Shown: piece by piece, positions 17,504-26,005 of the stretch
Layout: every line of letters starts with the position of its first letter
How positions within the stretch are numbered: the stretch's first letter is position 1
Origin: Lachnospiraceae bacterium
GTDB lineage: Bacteria > Bacillota > Clostridia > Lachnospirales > Lachnospiraceae
DNA: 47,936 nucleotides
Assembly: GCA_016282435.1 (NCBI GenBank)
Contig: JAEEKN010000380.1
Coordinates: 1-47,936, forward strand
Reading direction: 5' to 3'
The notes under the pieces: generated by a model
What the model saw: the letters and a program-made list of their open reading frames with translations, nothing else
The model's database searches: none
What the model was told of the DNA's origin: nothing
Program-made: the position numbers and the translations under genes

Positions 17504-18481
17504 ATGGTTACAAAACAGATAAAGTTCTTTAATCTGAAAAAAATCATGAACAGCGGTCAGATCTTCAGGATGTATGAACCTGAAGACGGCCGCTTTGCCG
17601 TATATTCGGGGAACAGGAGACTGGAACTGGTTCAAAAGGGAGATAATACGGAATTTTTCTGCTCTCCGAATGAGTTTGAGGAATACTGGGAAGATTACTT
17701 CGATCTTAAAAGAGATTACGGCGGGATCGTGCAGAAAGCAGGGGACTATGCGGGGACACATAGTATCGGAGGTGCTGAATTCCTAAAAAAAGCATGTATA
17801 TACGGCGCAGATATAAGAATTCTGAAACAGGATATATGGGAGATGATGATATCGTTTATCATATCCCAGCAGAAACAGATACCGTCCATCAGGAAGTGTA
17901 TAGAAGCCCTTTGCGAACGTTTCGGTGAAAAACATATTGTAACCTGTAATACCGGGAAAGTTGAAAGTGGAGAGGAAGTCTGGTACGGATTCCCCGATGC
18001 AAAAAGTATCGCAGCTGCAGGCCCTGACGGACTAAAAGGTTTGTCGCTCGGATACCGGGAAAGATATATATATGAGACTGCCGTAAAATACCTAAAAGAC
18101 GGAATACCGGATGAGAAGCTTAAGGGTATGGAGAGTGCGGAAGTAAAAAAATATCTGCTCACATTTACCGGAATAGGTGAGAAAGTAGCTGATTGCATAT
18201 GTCTGTTCGGAGTCGGGCTTGCCGATTCATTCCCGATAGATGTTCATATCAAGGATATTCTTTACAGAGAATTTGTCGGAGATGATAAAAAGAAAGAAGT
18301 GGAAACGCTGCTCAGAAAAAAATCCGGAACAGCTGAACTGTCCCGGAAAAAGGTTCTGGAAAGTTTATCCTATCAGGATTATATGAAAATAATAAGTGAA
18401 AATTTTTCTGTATTTGACGGGGTACGCGGAATAGTCCAACAGTGGATATTTGCATACGAATTATACAGTTTGAGGGCTTGA
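17504..18481 (+). CDS. ogg: 8-oxoguanine DNA glycosylase / AP lyase (Ogg, HhH-GPD family)
   Basis: N-terminal SGQIFRM block. HhH-GPD motif with the catalytic Lys in LTFTGIGEKVADCICLFG, and the Asp block FPIDVHI. Confidence 0.8.
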   Translation: MVTKQIKFFNLKKIMNSGQIFRMYEPEDGRFAVYSGNRRLELVQKGDNTEFFCSPNEFEEYWEDYFDLKRDYGGIVQKAGDYAGTHSIGGAEFLKKACIYGADIRILKQDIWEMMISFIISQQKQIPSIRKCIEALCERFGEKHIVTCNTGKVESGEEVWYGFPDAKSIAAAGPDGLKGLSLGYRERYIYETAVKYLKDGIPDEKLKGMESAEVKKYLLTFTGIGEKVADCICLFGVGLADSFPIDVHIKDILYREFVGDDKKKEVETLLRKKSGTAELSRKKVLESLSYQDYMKIISENFSVFDGVRGIVQQWIFAYELYSLRA

Positions 18482-19702
18482 ATCTTCGGATTTGAGCCTC
18501 TTTTTTATACGAGTCTCCCTGCGGATGATACGGTTTTCCTTACGGGTTTCTTTTTTCTCGGTCCGGGTCTCTTTACGGGTTTCCCTGCGGACGGTCCGGT
18601 TTTCTTTACGAACGGCTTTGTTGTCAGAGGTCATTTTTTTGATAGCCCTGAAGAAAAGTTTAGCGCCTTCATTGATGATCTGTTTGGTCTCGCTATCGAC
18701 GTTACCCATGGACCGTAACATGTTCACCGTGGATTTAAATGTGAGCAGGTCTTCAGTGTTATCCACACCCGAAGCTTCCACTACCTGCCATATTCCTTCA
18801 AGTATTTTCTCACGCTTCGGCTTATCTATCGATCTGAGCCAGTTCTCCATGGTAGCATCTACGTTCTTGCTGAGCTTCCGGGTATTTTCTTCACGGATGA
18901 ATTCTCCGCGCTGAATCTCCCAGGTATATATCGAATGCTGCCAGAATGCTGTTCCTGAACTGTGTATTACACAGTGCCGTTCTGAATGTTCCAGAAACAT
19001 GCCGACTATCGACTGCTGGGGTATGTAGTTGCAAAGGATATCCTTTATGGAGTTAAAGGCATCGGATTCCACGAATTCCTGTGAAAATCCCGGGCCGTCA
19101 AGGCTTATGATCCCTTTTATCCTTTCCTTTACGCTTTCGGAACACAATGCGGCCGAATACATGGAAAGATTTCCGCCCTTTGAATGCCCGCATATGTAAA
19201 TATCTCCTTCGGTGTGTGAAGCGGATTCCTCCAGATATTTTAGGGCTTCATCCTGTGAAGGAACGTTTTCAAGATAAAACATGTTGAAATCTTCCTTCCA
19301 GCCGGTAAGTGTCCGGTCAGTTCCCCGGAATACCACAACAGTCTGCCTGCCGGGGAGAAGCATGGTGATGGCAGAGAACTGTTCCTCTTTTTCCTCGTCT
19401 ATTATATTCCTGAAGCCTATAAGGTCTATGGCGGTAAAACGCGGAGAAGTCAGAAGTGTCTGTGTCATCTCATCGTCATCACGGTAGTGGAAGCTTCTTC
19501 CGTCACCTTCGAGATCTTCGAGTTCCCTGATCCTGGTTACGGCGTCCCACATATTGACCGGCTTCGAATCAAAGTCGCCGGGCACTATCCCGTCGTACGG
19601 AAAATATGAACAGCAGCCTATGACGGCATAGTCGGCTTCGCATAAAGGAAGCCTGGTGATGCTGATGTCACCCCGCCATTCCAGATAAGATATGATATTC
19701 AT
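18461..19702 (-). CDS. Mbeg1-like (DUF2974) alpha/beta-hydrolase with a basic repeat tail
   Basis: Nucleophile elbow GHSKGGNL. The overall layout resembles lipase-like Mbeg1/DUF2974 proteins. The C-terminal ~50 aa are Arg/Lys/Glu/Thr repeats (RKENR, RRETR, KETR). Confidence 0.7.
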   Translation of the reverse strand: MNIISYLEWRGDISITRLPLCEADYAVIGCCSYFPYDGIVPGDFDSKPVNMWDAVTRIRELEDLEGDGRSFHYRDDDEMTQTLLTSPRFTAIDLIGFRNIIDEEKEEQFSAITMLLPGRQTVVVFRGTDRTLTGWKEDFNMFYLENVPSQDEALKYLEESASHTEGDIYICGHSKGGNLSMYSAALCSESVKERIKGIISLDGPGFSQEFVESDAFNSIKDILCNYIPQQSIVGMFLEHSERHCVIHSSGTAFWQHSIYTWEIQRGEFIREENTRKLSKNVDATMENWLRSIDKPKREKILEGIWQVVEASGVDNTEDLLTFKSTVNMLRSMGNVDSETKQIINEGAKLFFRAIKKMTSDNKAVRKENRTVRRETRKETRTEKKETRKENRIIRRETRIKKRLKSEDSSPQTV

Positions 19703-19743
19703 GACAGTTCCTTTAGGCAGTCTTTAAGGCCTGCCTGTATGTT

Positions 19744-20259
19744 TTATTTGATACATACACAGTCACATCGGCTTGTGATATAGTCCCGTATCTCGGACTT
19801 TTCCATTTCTAAAGGGAGGCTCAATTCACTGAACAGACAGTTCTCGGCTATCCCGAAGTAACGCTCGTCAAGTGCTGTAAGCTTTTTACCTATGGAGTCA
19901 CGCATTTCCTTGCGGGCGAGTATTTCTTTTATGAGCTGTATTATCTCACGCAGATCGCAGTTCTGGATGACCTGCTTGTATCGTTCTTCTCTTTTTTTCT
20001 CATCGGGTACCGTGAGCTTGTCAATATCTTTTATTTCGTTGATAAGCTTGTCGGCACCTTCTCTATCTATAACCCTGCGGATAGTGATCCTTGTTCCGTC
20101 TACGGGAGTATATATTTTACCGTTTCCGTTCTTGCCGACCGGTATAAGGGTGTAATAAAGCTTGTCTTTCGATATTCCGTCTATATCCAGAGATCCTATG
20201 GACTCAACCTGACATACTCCGTCGATTCCAAAAACAACGTATTCGCCAACATCAAACAT
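19744..20259 (-). CDS. CarD/CdnL-family RNA-polymerase-binding regulator
   Basis: GGAGG lies 6 nt before the ATG. The N-terminal Tudor-like block MFDVGEYVVFGIDGVCQVESIG is typical of CarD_CdnL_TRCF domains. Confidence 0.75.
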   Translation of the reverse strand: MFDVGEYVVFGIDGVCQVESIGSLDIDGISKDKLYYTLIPVGKNGNGKIYTPVDGTRITIRRVIDREGADKLINEIKDIDKLTVPDEKKREERYKQVIQNCDLREIIQLIKEILARKEMRDSIGKKLTALDERYFGIAENCLFSELSLPLEMEKSEIRDYITSRCDCVCIK

Positions 20260-20431
20260 GCAATACCTCCATTTCTTTTAGACTGATATAACTGAAAACT
20301 ACAATAAAATCTTCTTATTTTAAATGTGCTGCAAATCAGCTCAATTTTATTATAACATAGATATTTTTAAAATGTAAGTGGTTTAAAATTTTTTGTGCAA
20401 CTTTTTTCATATGGCCCATACAGACTTTTAC

Positions 20432-20460
20432 TTGACAAAAAATACTTTCGGGTGTAGAAT
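20432..20460 (+). promoter_or_regulatory. Promoter of the rnf operon
   Basis: TTGACA (20432-20437), 17-nt spacer, TAGAAT (20455-20460). Confidence 0.65.
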
Positions 20461-20506
20461 ACATGCTGTTTTGTAGTATTTGTTGAAATGCCGAACGGAG
20501 GTATTT

Positions 20507-21829
20507 ATGAATAAGGGAACATTCAAGGGTGGCGTACACCCTTATGAGGGTAAGGAATTATCCATGGACAAGCCCACTGTGAAGCTTTTACCCGGAAAAG
20601 AACTGGTATATCCGATGTCACAGCATATCGGAGCTCCTTCGAAGCCTATTGTGGCACCCGGAGATCATGTGCTTATGGGTCAGAAGATTGCAGAGGCTTC
20701 GGCTTTTGTATCGGTGCCCATAGCCGCATCCGTATCAGGAACGGTAAAGGAGATAAAGCCGACACTTACGGTTTCCGGAAGTATAGTGGATGCTATATAT
20801 ATTGAGAACGATGAACAGTATACCCCTGTTGAAGGTCTCGGAAACAAAAGGGATTATACGAAACTTTCCAAGCAGGAGATCAGGGATATCGTAAAAGAAG
20901 CCGGTATAGTCGGTATGGGTGGTGCAGGTTTCCCTACTTTCATAAAGCTGACTCCAAAGGATGAAAATGCGATAGATTATATTATAGTAAACGGTTCGGA
21001 ATGCGAGCCTTATCTTACATCTGATTACCGTATGATGCTTGAAGAGGGTGATAAGCTGGTAGACGGCGTACGTATCATCTTACAGCTGTTTGACAATGCA
21101 CAGGGTGTTATTGCCATCGAGGATAATAAACCCAAAGCCATAGAGCACATCACGGAGCTGGTAAAGAATGAGGACAGGATCCGTGTTCAGGTAGTAAAGA
21201 CCAAGTATCCCGAAGGAAGTGAGCGTCAGCTTATAAAAGCCGTCACCGGAAGAAAGATTAATTCTTCCATGCTTCCTGCAGATGCGGGCTGTATCGTAAA
21301 CAATGTGGATACAGTTATCTCCATACATATGGCTGTGGCAGAGACGACTCCTCTTATGAGAAGAATCGTCACAGTTTCGGGTGATGCGGTAGTAAATCCC
21401 CAGAATTTTAATGTTAAGACCGGCACTAAATACTCCGAGATCCTCGAGGCTGCGGGCGGATTCAAAGAGAAACCCGAGAAGCTGATCTCGGGAGGAACTA
21501 TGATGGGTATGGGTCTTTTCGATACAAACATACCTGTGACCAAGACTTCTTCGGCACTCCTTGCGTTTATCAAGGATCCGATGCTTATAGTTCCCGAAGG
21601 TCCGTGCATCCGATGCGGAAGATGTGTTGAGGCATGTCCCGAAAACCTTATTCCGCAGATGATGATGGAAGCCGCAGAACGGTTTGATGATGCTTCCTTT
21701 GAAGCTATCAGCGGTATGGAATGTATGGAATGCGGTTCATGTACTTTCGTATGCCCTGCAGGACGTAAACTTACACAGAGTTTGAAACAGACCAGGCGCA
21801 GTATCCTGGATAACAGGAAGAAAAAGTAA
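20507..21829 (+). CDS. rnfC: Rnf complex subunit C
   Basis: ATG at 20507 lies 7 nt after GGAGG; the track start at 20480 is upstream of the RBS. Motifs: GGVHP, GMGGAGFPT, and two 4Fe-4S motifs CIRCGRCVEACP and CMECGSCTFVCP. Confidence 0.95.
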   Translation: MNKGTFKGGVHPYEGKELSMDKPTVKLLPGKELVYPMSQHIGAPSKPIVAPGDHVLMGQKIAEASAFVSVPIAASVSGTVKEIKPTLTVSGSIVDAIYIENDEQYTPVEGLGNKRDYTKLSKQEIRDIVKEAGIVGMGGAGFPTFIKLTPKDENAIDYIIVNGSECEPYLTSDYRMMLEEGDKLVDGVRIILQLFDNAQGVIAIEDNKPKAIEHITELVKNEDRIRVQVVKTKYPEGSERQLIKAVTGRKINSSMLPADAGCIVNNVDTVISIHMAVAETTPLMRRIVTVSGDAVVNPQNFNVKTGTKYSEILEAAGGFKEKPEKLISGGTMMGMGLFDTNIPVTKTSSALLAFIKDPMLIVPEGPCIRCGRCVEACPENLIPQMMMEAAERFDDASFEAISGMECMECGSCTFVCPAGRKLTQSLKQTRRSILDNRKKK

Positions 21830-21867
21830 AAGAGTAAGTAAAAAGCTAATAATATTAGGAGAATATC

Positions 21868-22887
21868 ATGCGAGAATTATATAATGTCTCTGCCTCACCC
21901 CATGTGAGAAGCGGAGTCACGACACGCTCGATAATGAGGGATGTGGCTATAGCCCTGATCCCTGCCAGCGCATTCGGAGTATATCAGTTTGGATTCAGAG
22001 CATTTCTGGTACTTATTACCTGCATTGCTTCGGCAATGGTCTGTGAATTTTTATGGAAAAAGTTTGTTGTTAAGAAAAAGACTCCTTATGAGTGCAGTGC
22101 GCTTGTTACAGGACTGCTTCTCGGAATGAACCTGCCCGCATCGGTTCCGCTCTGGATACCGGTTGTAGGAAGTGCCTTTGCTATTCTTGTGGTAAAGGAA
22201 ATGTTCGGAGGACTTGGACAGAACTTTATGAACCCGGCGCTCGGTGCCAGATGTTTTCTTCTCATATGTTTTGCGGGAAGGATGACGGCATTCGGAGTAG
22301 ATCAGTCTGCTTCACATTTCTTTGACGGTGCTGCGGCTGTTGACGGACTTTCCTCCGCAACTCCTCTTGCGGTTATAAAGAATCTTGAAGCTGGTCAGAG
22401 CATCTCTTCGAGCGTTTCGCTCTCAGATATGTTCTTTGGATTTACCGGTGGCGTGATCGGAGAGACCAGTACTTTGGCAATACTTGTCGGTGCTGTATAT
22501 CTGCTGGTAAAGAAGATTATTAATTTCAGGATTCCTGTGGCTTACATCGCCACATTCTCAGTATTTGTAGTGATATTTGGCGGATACGGACTCGGAAGTG
22601 ACGGATTCTACTATCTTGCCTGTGAACTCTGCGGCGGCGGACTTATGTTAGGTGCATGGTTCATGGCTACCGATTATGTTACAAGCCCCATTACCAAGGG
22701 TGGTCAGATAGTATTTGGTATTCTTCTGGGACTTCTTACCGGAATCATCAGAATCTGCGGCAACTCGGCAGAGGGCGTTTCATATGCCATTATTTTCTGT
22801 AATCTGCTTGTACCTTTCATTGAGAAAGTTACGATGCCCAGAGCCTTTGGTATTGTTAAGAAGAAAAAGGGAGGTGCAGCAAAATGA
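21868..22887 (+). CDS. rnfD: Rnf complex subunit D
   Basis: SPHVRS N-terminus, polytopic membrane protein, FMN-attachment block LSSATPL. Confidence 0.95.
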   Translation: MRELYNVSASPHVRSGVTTRSIMRDVAIALIPASAFGVYQFGFRAFLVLITCIASAMVCEFLWKKFVVKKKTPYECSALVTGLLLGMNLPASVPLWIPVVGSAFAILVVKEMFGGLGQNFMNPALGARCFLLICFAGRMTAFGVDQSASHFFDGAAAVDGLSSATPLAVIKNLEAGQSISSSVSLSDMFFGFTGGVIGETSTLAILVGAVYLLVKKIINFRIPVAYIATFSVFVVIFGGYGLGSDGFYYLACELCGGGLMLGAWFMATDYVTSPITKGGQIVFGILLGLLTGIIRICGNSAEGVSYAIIFCNLLVPFIEKVTMPRAFGIVKKKKGGAAK

Positions 22888-23558
22888 GCGAGAAAAAGCA
22901 GAAAAGTACGCTTATAAAAGACGCACTGATCCTTTTTGCAATAACACTGATAGCAGCATTTGCACTGGGAGCTGTATATGAGATTACAAAAGATCCGATA
23001 GCCGAAGCTGAAGCAAAGGCAAAAACCGATGCTGCAAAGGCTGTATTTGCCGAAATGAAAGAAACAGCAGAAGCACCTGCAGGTTCAGTGGAAAAAGCAC
23101 AGAGTCTGATTGACGGTAGCAGTAATAAAGAATTTGATACGATCACCATCGATGAGATACTTCAGGCGCTTGATGAAAACGGAAATAAGATAGGTGACAT
23201 CATAACAGTGACCTCGAAAAAAGGTTATGGCGGACAGATTACCGTGATCATGGGAGTGGCAGATGACGATCCGCAGACCTTAAAGGGAATAGAGTTCCTG
23301 AGCATCAGTGAGACACCCGGACTCGGAATGAAGGCAAAGGATGACGATACTTCAAACGACAATCCTGAAAACCCCGTTGATTTTAAGGATCAGTTCAAGG
23401 GTGTACAGATTGGAGAGAACGGATTTAAGCTCACAAAGAGAAATATCAATATGAGTGCAGATACCGAAATACACGCTATATCAAGTGCTACCATTACTAC
23501 ATCGGCAGTTACGAATATTGTAAACGCCGGCCTTAAGGTAGCGGCTTCCATAGATTGA
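22884..23558 (+). CDS. rnfG: Rnf complex subunit G (FMN-binding)
   Basis: ATGA overlap with rnfD. Single N-terminal TM helix. ETPGLG block and FMN-attachment block ISSATITTSAV. Confidence 0.92.
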   Translation: MSEKKQKSTLIKDALILFAITLIAAFALGAVYEITKDPIAEAEAKAKTDAAKAVFAEMKETAEAPAGSVEKAQSLIDGSSNKEFDTITIDEILQALDENGNKIGDIITVTSKKGYGGQITVIMGVADDDPQTLKGIEFLSISETPGLGMKAKDDDTSNDNPENPVDFKDQFKGVQIGENGFKLTKRNINMSADTEIHAISSATITTSAVTNIVNAGLKVAASID

Positions 23559-23577
23559 GAAAGGAGGGATTTTATAT

Positions 23578-24357
23578 ATGAATAAATGTACCGAACGTCT
23601 TTATAACGGACTTGTAAAAGAGAATCCCACCCTTGTCTTAATGCTTGGTATGTGTCCGACACTGGCAGTTACCACTTCAGCGATCAACGGACTTGGAATG
23701 GGTCTTTCGACCACAGCGGTTCTTGTAATGTCGAATTTCATGATCTCGGCACTCAGGAAGATTATCCCCGATAAAGTCAGAATGCCCGCATTTATCGTTA
23801 TCGTGGCATCTTTCGTTACCATAGTTGAACTTTTGGTAAAGGGATTCCTTCCTTCACTTAACGATTCACTGGGAATATATATTCCTCTTATCGTTGTAAA
23901 CTGTATCATCCTGGGACGTGCAGAGGCATATGCCAGCAAGAATCCCGTACTTCCTTCAATCTTTGACGGTATCGGTATGGGTCTTGGATTTACATGTTCA
24001 CTTACGGTTATCGGACTTATCCGTGAACTTATCGGAGCAGGAACAGCTTTCGGAGCTCAGGTTCTGCCCGATGCATACGAGCCGTTCTCGATATTTGTTA
24101 TGGCACCCGGAGCATTCTTTGTACTTGCCATACTTACTGCAGTACAAAACAAGCTGAAGCTCAAGAGTGCTACCAACGGAGATGCACCCAAAGGTGCAGA
24201 GCCTCTTGCATGCGGTGGTAATTGTGCCGAATGTATGGGTGAGACCTGTACCAGAAATCATATCATGATAGAACAGAAGCTTGATGAAGCACAGGCAACA
24301 AAGAATGACGCAGCAGCCGCAGCTAAAAAAGCTTTCCCGGAAGGAGGAGATAAATAA
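23578..24357 (+). CDS. rnfE: Rnf complex subunit E, with a ~65-aa Cys-containing C-terminal extension
   Basis: LVKENPTLVLMLGMCPTLAVT and IPLIVVNCIILGRAEA blocks. The membrane core ends near residue 192. The tail carries C212, C216, C219 and C224 (ACGGNCAECMGETC). Confidence 0.92.
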   Translation: MNKCTERLYNGLVKENPTLVLMLGMCPTLAVTTSAINGLGMGLSTTAVLVMSNFMISALRKIIPDKVRMPAFIVIVASFVTIVELLVKGFLPSLNDSLGIYIPLIVVNCIILGRAEAYASKNPVLPSIFDGIGMGLGFTCSLTVIGLIRELIGAGTAFGAQVLPDAYEPFSIFVMAPGAFFVLAILTAVQNKLKLKSATNGDAPKGAEPLACGGNCAECMGETCTRNHIMIEQKLDEAQATKNDAAAAAKKAFPEGGDK

Positions 24358-24932
24358 TGAAAGAAATGCTCCTTCTGTTAGTCAGTACGGCCCTTGTAAA
24401 TAACGTCGTACTCAGTCAGTTCCTGGGAATATGTCCTTTCCTTGGAGTATCGAAGAAGACAAAGACCGCAGTCGGAATGGGAAGTGCGGTAATCTTCGTA
24501 GTAACAGTGGCTTCGGCAGTAGCCAGCCTGATTTACAACTTTATTCTTGTTCCCTGTGAACTTGAATACATGAAGACCATCGTTTTCATAGCTGTTATAG
24601 CAGCTCTTGTACAGCTTGTTGAAATGATATTGAAGAAGTTCATCCCGTCACTTTATAAGGCACTCGGCGTATATCTTCCTCTTATCACCACCAACTGCTG
24701 TGTGCTCGGTGTGGCACTCCTTAATGTACAGAATGATTATAACTTCCTGGAGAGTGTGATAAACGGACTCGGAACATCCATAGGTTTCTGCATTTCCATA
24801 GTTCTTATGGCCGGTATCCGTGAGAGAACGGAGAATAATGATATCCCGCATGTACTTAAGGGATCTCCCATATTGCTTATCACCGCAGGTCTTATGGCTA
24901 TTGCATTCTGTGGATTTGCAGGCTTGATCTGA
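24357..24932 (+). CDS. rnfA: Rnf complex subunit A
   Basis: NNVVLSQFLGICPFLGVSKK and LPLITTNCCVLG blocks. The start overlaps the rnfE stop. Confidence 0.95.
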   Translation: MKEMLLLLVSTALVNNVVLSQFLGICPFLGVSKKTKTAVGMGSAVIFVVTVASAVASLIYNFILVPCELEYMKTIVFIAVIAALVQLVEMILKKFIPSLYKALGVYLPLITTNCCVLGVALLNVQNDYNFLESVINGLGTSIGFCISIVLMAGIRERTENNDIPHVLKGSPILLITAGLMAIAFCGFAGLI

Positions 24933-24946
24933 GAAAGGACAGAGAA

Positions 24947-25750
24947 ATGATATTTTTGGCTTTTAATATAAACGGTGTCTTAATAGCCGGCGGAGTAGTA
25001 GGAGCTGTAGGCCTGATCATTGGTCTTTTGCTCGGAATAGCAGCTAAAAAGTTCGCTGTGGAAACAGACGAAAGAATAGAAAAAGTCAGGGAATGTCTGC
25101 CGGGAAGTAACTGCGGCGGATGTGGATTTGCAGGTTGTGATGCTTGTGCAGAGGCCATAGTAAAAGGTGAAGCTGCCGTAAACCAGTGCCCCGGCGGACG
25201 CCATGCGGATATTGCCGCCATCATGGGAACTGAAGCTTCGGAATCTGTTAAAATGGCAGCTTATGTCAGATGTACCGGTACCTGTGATAAAACCACCGTG
25301 AAATACAGATATCAGGGTATAGCAGATTGTAAAAAACTGGCTCTCATCCCCGGACATGGTGAGAAAGACTGCGTATACGGATGTATGGGTTACGGAAGCT
25401 GTGTTAGGGCATGTAAATTTGATGCCATCCATATCATAAACGGTGTGGCGTTTGTTGATACCGATAAATGTACGGGCTGCGGAGTATGTGTAAAGACCTG
25501 TCCGAACAGTATCATAGAGCTTCGTCCAGTTACTTCAAAGTATGCTGTGGGATGTAACTCCAAAGACAAAGGTAAGGATACCAGAGCATATTGTACAGCA
25601 GGTTGTATAGGTTGCGGAATATGTGCAAAGCAGTGCGAAGCCGGTGCAATCACTGTGGAGAACAACCTGGCACGTATCGATTATGAGAAGTGCGTAGGCT
25701 GCGGCAAGTGTGCCGAGAAGTGCCCGAGAAAGATAATCATTGTAAGATAA
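24947..25750 (+). CDS. rnfB: Rnf complex subunit B (polyferredoxin)
   Basis: N-terminal TM helix, LPGSNCGGCGFAGCDACA cluster, then several CxxCxxCxxxCP ferredoxin motifs. Confidence 0.93.
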   Translation: MIFLAFNINGVLIAGGVVGAVGLIIGLLLGIAAKKFAVETDERIEKVRECLPGSNCGGCGFAGCDACAEAIVKGEAAVNQCPGGRHADIAAIMGTEASESVKMAAYVRCTGTCDKTTVKYRYQGIADCKKLALIPGHGEKDCVYGCMGYGSCVRACKFDAIHIINGVAFVDTDKCTGCGVCVKTCPNSIIELRPVTSKYAVGCNSKDKGKDTRAYCTAGCIGCGICAKQCEAGAITVENNLARIDYEKCVGCGKCAEKCPRKIIIVR

Positions 25751-25773
25751 ACAGCATAAATACGGATACTTTT

Positions 25774-25806
25774 GGAGCTATGTGGAAACATGTAGCTCCT
25801 TTTTAT
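25774..25806 (+). terminator. Rho-independent terminator after rnfB
   Basis: GGAGCTA (25774-25780) / TAGCTCC (25793-25799) with inner TGT/ACA pairing, followed by TTTTTATT. Confidence 0.75.
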
Positions 25807-25817
25807 TAAACATAAGT

Positions 25818-25901
25818 GCCAAATTACCGAATAAAAAAGCGCCAAATCACCGAATGAAAATACGCCAAATCACCGAATGGAATATTGACAAATCACCGAA
25901 T
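25818..25901. repeat. Four tandem direct repeats, exact 23-bp period, 15-nt core G(C/A)CAAAT(C/T)ACCGAAT
   Basis: Cores at 25818-25832 (GCCAAATTACCGAAT), 25841-25855 and 25864-25878 (both GCCAAATCACCGAAT), and 25887-25901 (GACAAATCACCGAAT). Start-to-start spacing is 23 nt each time. Confidence 0.9.
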
Positions 25902-25913
25902 GGATGATATGCT
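25885..25913 (+). promoter_or_regulatory. Candidate promoter of the ATPase gene, overlapping repeat 4
   Basis: TTGACA (25885-25890, formed by repeat copy 4), 17-nt spacer, TATGCT (25908-25913). Confidence 0.4.
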
Positions 25914-26005
25914 ATATTTGATAGAGATAACGTAGTGCGGTATATTGTACAAAAATATAATGCATATACAATATGTTGACAAGAGAGATGAGGGGGTGTG
26001 ATGAG

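Noticed and set aside
25818-25901. Possible CRISPR array (regularly spaced repeats).
   Set aside because: The cores are only 15 nt with 8-nt gaps and four copies. There are no spacer-sized unique segments and no cas genes in the window. I treat it as an operator- or iteron-like tandem repeat.
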